Part shown: one piece after another, positions 62,201-64,000 of the stretch | Layout: each line of letters begins with the position of its first letter | How positions within the stretch are numbered: the first letter of the stretch is position 1 | Source: Orbicella franksi | Taxonomy: Eukaryota | Direction: 5' to 3' | Length of the DNA: 64,000 nucleotides | Assembly (NCBI GenBank): GCA_964199315.1 | Contig: OZ116703.1 | Location: 25,420,001 to 25,484,000, forward strand | Position numbers and translations under genes: made by a program | Notes under the pieces: generated by a model | The model's input: the letters and a program-made list of their open reading frames with translations, nothing else | What the model was told of the DNA's origin: nothing | Database searches by the model: none

Positions 62201-63094
62201 CTCGTAACTCCTGTCATTTGTTGCATTAATCGCTTGACTACACTCTTCAGCACCCTGGATCATTGTCTCATCCATTGACATTTTTGATGTCTTGTTAAAC
62301 ACTTTGCACACCTTTTTCCTTGACTTTGAACACTTGCACTACAAATGGTCTGCCTCTGAAGCTGAAAATTTCGCTGCTTAGCGCAAACGCTGAATGTTTA
62401 AGTTCTGACTTGGGAATTCGGAACGACGTACCAATTGGCTGGAGGCGTGTGTGCAGGTTTCTAAGTTAGGGACGGACGTGTGCAAAGGGTTATCTGGAAG
62501 TGAGTTTCTAACCCCTAACTGTTTGTGGGATAGGTTTCCTCTAGCCGCCCTCCACAACCGATAGGCTCGAGCACACCCTTGAGAAGGGTAAGCACTCTTT
62601 CTCCCTTTGCACCTGTTCACTGTGTGCTTAACTGCTAACATTTTGCCGGGATATATTCCAAAAACATTGCCACAAATTGGCATCACTGATGTGCGGTAAA
62701 AGTGGCCTATATCTGTCCCCCTCTTGGTAGACACCTCTTAAGACAGTCGCCTCCTGCGTGGCTATCTAAAAGCACACCTGACCCTAAATCTAAATGAAAT
62801 CGGGTTCAGTGACTATTGGGGATTTTCCCCTTTAAATTATCGCATTTAAGTTAACTGCGTAGAATAGATCTTTCCAAAACAGCCCCACCCCAGCCCTCGC
62901 CCAACCTGGTCTCATTTATTATCGGTGTCTACCCTAAAATAAGTTCTGTTTTAAACCTCTGTCTGTTTGTTGTTCGAACTAATTTCGTTGTTTTTTTTTT
63001 TTGTTTATCTCTGCAGTCTTCCTTCAGCCGAGGGCTTTCTGCTTCTGGCCGTAGTCACTCATCAACGTCAATGGATGACAGCATGGACTCCTGA
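32207..63094 (+). CDS. MyHC-st: Myosin II heavy chain, striated-muscle type (motor + IQ lever + full coiled-coil rod); 48 coding exons, about 1951 aa with the distal last exon
   Basis: Exons: 32207-32389, 32590-32733, 35169-35353, 36232-36331, 36692-36787, 37610-37673, 38823-38921, 39652-39758, 40100-40238, 40519-40637, 40797-40889, 41163-41219, 41375-41545, 41625-41931, 42092-42144, 42513-42718, 42992-43112, 43507-43643, 43808-43889, 44104-44163, 45107-45220, 45612-45692, 46077-46205, 46418-46540, 46854-46940, 47064-47144, 47537-47601, 47987-48077, 49188-49244, 49798-49884, 50117-50283, 50583-50661, 50768-50827, 51437-51622, 52665-52861, 53407-53539, 54230-54367, 54714-54792, 55674-55789, 56219-56416, 56676-56744, 56867-56917, 57658-57786, 58311-58511, 58935-59105, 59575-59775, 60086-60250, 63017-63094. 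Motifs: P-loop GESGAGKT, switch I NNNSSRFGKF, switch [19 protein letters not shown] (typical of striated-type MHC), [32 protein letters not shown]; the rod aligns in register with sarcomeric MHC rods. Confidence 0.96.
35808..35956. mobile_element. MITE with CAGTGGC termini and 5-bp flanking direct repeat TTATC
   Basis: ttatc|cagtggcagat...atatgccactg|ttatc in MyHC intron 3. Confidence 0.75.
37251..37471. repeat. Tandem duplication, period about 129 bp, MyHC intron 5
   Basis: agctttctcaaataggct(t/c)aagtc(a/t)gtcattgctttc...tcacttcta twice, with a partial third head between the copies. Confidence 0.85.
40917..40950. repeat. (CAT)n microsatellite
   Basis: (CAT)7 TGT (CAT)3. Confidence 0.9.
44424..44908. 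mobile_element. Non-autonomous element ending in an approximately 170-bp palindrome (44736-44908), MyHC intron 20
   Basis: aataagtaatcatacggttttt..gttcaatttgga.ttaatttgc..gtgagtttttcaaaaagc.gaaatt pairs with aatttctgctttttgaaaaactcactcgggcaaattaattccaaattgaactcaaaaccgtatgattacctatt; also cacCAGTGcaaaaagtgt subrepeats. Confidence 0.75.
51246..51335 (-). mobile_element. tRNA-derived repeat/SINE head (not a functional tRNA)
   Basis: The minus strand has A-box tagttcagttggtagagc and T-arm atgggttcgaatcccat, but the anticodon arm is mispaired and lacks U33; an A-rich tract is adjacent. Confidence 0.65.
51749..52579. mobile_element. Complete non-autonomous PIF/Harbinger-like element, 831 bp
   Basis: TAA|AGGTCCGGTGATACGGGCAACATTTTTCTTCAACTTGTCTCGCAACATTGTTGCATTG ... 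CAATGCAACAATGTTGCGAGACAAGTTGAAGAAAAATGTTGCCCGTATTACCGGACCT|TAA: about 135-bp TIRs and a TAA target duplication. Confidence 0.88.
52969..53248. repeat. Minisatellite, about 104-bp unit, nearly 3 copies, MyHC intron 35
   Basis: catgaaagta at 52969, 53071 and 53177; units share gctc.a.a.ctttc..ttgaa.ggtcacac.cta.ggtttca.cca.agact; a relic lies near 55030. Confidence 0.85.
54436..54600 (-). mobile_element. tRNA-derived SINE (copy of 7412-7603, internally deleted)
   Basis: Shared body and reverse B-box ggaatcgaaccc. Confidence 0.7.
57015..57144. mobile_element. Short MITE
   Basis: TIR tagcctgcgaacaggctc / gagcctgttcgcagactg. Confidence 0.75.
57951..58127. mobile_element. MITE with about 45-bp TIR
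   Basis: aataggccatattggtattctcggtattggactggaactagcttg / caagctagttccagtccattattgagaatacgaatatggcctatt. Confidence 0.85.
59172..59513. mobile_element. Eroded hAT-like MITE
   Basis: CAGGGC start; imperfect inverted ends (ttgcccg / tgggcaactgg...tttcccc). Confidence 0.35.
60086..60349 (+). CDS. MyHC alternative last exon by read-through of the exon-47 donor (tail ...[38 protein letters not shown])
   Basis: The frame stays open for 32 codons past the weak donor GAG|GTCTCT at 60251, giving a Ser/Pro-rich peptide; TAA 60347-60349; AATAAA at 60578. Confidence 0.6.
   Translation, partial: ENLAAQYLAKVRKLQKDLEDAEDRAETAESALNKARSRARASAGGGGVGRQTSREVSRPLSPLHHRYHSYNSLLSPTSSLYSDNDSR
60578..60583 (+). terminator. 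Putative polyadenylation signal for proximal MyHC 3' ends
   Basis: AATAAA 229 nt after the read-through stop, followed by a T-rich sequence. Confidence 0.4.
61722..61854. mobile_element. Short MITE
   Basis: TIR tagcctacgttgcaag / cttgctgcgcaggcta. Confidence 0.65.
63017..63094 (+). CDS. MyHC distal terminal exon ([25 protein letters not shown])
   Basis: Strong poly-T acceptor (tttttgtttatctctgcag) in phase 0 with exon 47; Ser-rich non-helical tailpiece; TGA 63092-63094. Confidence 0.75.
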   Translation, partial: SSFSRGLSASGRSHSSTSMDDSMDS

Positions 63095-64000
63095 ATTAAT
63101 AATCTGAAATTTTATGATTACGAACGCAGTTTGAGGTTCAAAATGATTAAGGACAGGTTATAGTCCACTAGGTTTCGATTAATCGTGTCAAATGCTAGTT
63201 TTTTTAATGCCTTATGTCTTAGGAAAATAGATTTTGGAGGAGGATGGTTTGACCTCGCAAATATTTTCTACAAAATTTGGAATATGTAACATTCCATAGA
63301 AAAATATCGGTTAGTTTGTAACGCTATTTGTGACTCGAAGATCTCTTTCCGAGAACTCGTGGTAGTTTTTCTATTTTGTCTACCCAAAAAAATATTGCAG
63401 CTCATTAAACACCTGCTTATTCAACTATCGTGTGTTTTTTCAATGGTTCTTATTTTAAGGGTCCTTTTACAATATCTGTCCCCTTTTCTGAGACCGGGAA
63501 AGTCGGAATGGCGAGGGAAAGTAGAAAATGGCGTAAAAAAGTGGCAAAGAAAGCAAGGAGCTTCTTCTGGCTTTCTCTTCTTTTCAGCGCCGATTATTTC
63601 CTCGCTGTCCCGACAAAACCAAGCCCAACAAACTGTCTGTGGCCCCGGATCTCAAAGGGTACACCTTTCTACGATCCAATGATCTTAGGGCTTGTCACGC
63701 AATCTTTAATCGACTTTTCCATAACGATTTGTTGGATGTCACGCAAAGTTAGTTTGGGAAAAAATAACTGAAGCTCTTGTTTAATTTGCTTACTTTAAGG
63801 TGACAAAGGGTAGCCAGCCAGTATCGTATGATAAGGGTCTGATAATTGACGCTGGCCACACACAGTTCTTGAACTCTTGTTAGTCAGAGTATGTTTTGGT
63901 TTTCTCTCATCGCAGAATGAACAATATGCTTTTCTAAAATAGGTTCATCATTTTTCACTTTTAATCGAGACTAAAAGTGACAAAAGGCAGCCAGTCAGTA

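Overview
AT-rich, intron-rich eukaryotic genomic DNA, most likely from an anthozoan cnidarian (probably a stony coral; inferred from protein divergence and repeat content, not from a search). I reconstructed three spliced + strand genes by hand, each with GT-AG introns and an unbroken frame. Two are tandem alpha-type nicotinic acetylcholine receptor-like subunits: nAChR-1 (5116-9963, 6 exons, 509 aa) and nAChR-2 (20646-27610, 5 exons, 505 aa). The third is a complete striated-type myosin II heavy chain gene (MyHC; 32207-63094, 48 coding exons, about 1951 aa). The rest is MITEs, SINEs, an L2 LINE tail, palindromes and micro/minisatellites. Main leads: (i) candidate in-frame exons in myosin intron 28, at about the junction used by molluscan catchin/myorod, hinting at a headless rod isoform; (ii) a roughly 10-fold CpG-depleted block covering the motor-domain exons, ending near a possible intronic poly(A) site that would give a head-only protein; (iii) two to four alternative C-terminal tailpieces; (iv) receptors that lack the loop-C TyrC2 and carry polar/acidic transmembrane residues, sitting directly upstream of the muscle myosin. 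All isoform claims are hypotheses that need RNA data. No bacterial-type systems, CRISPR arrays or true tRNA/rRNA genes were found.
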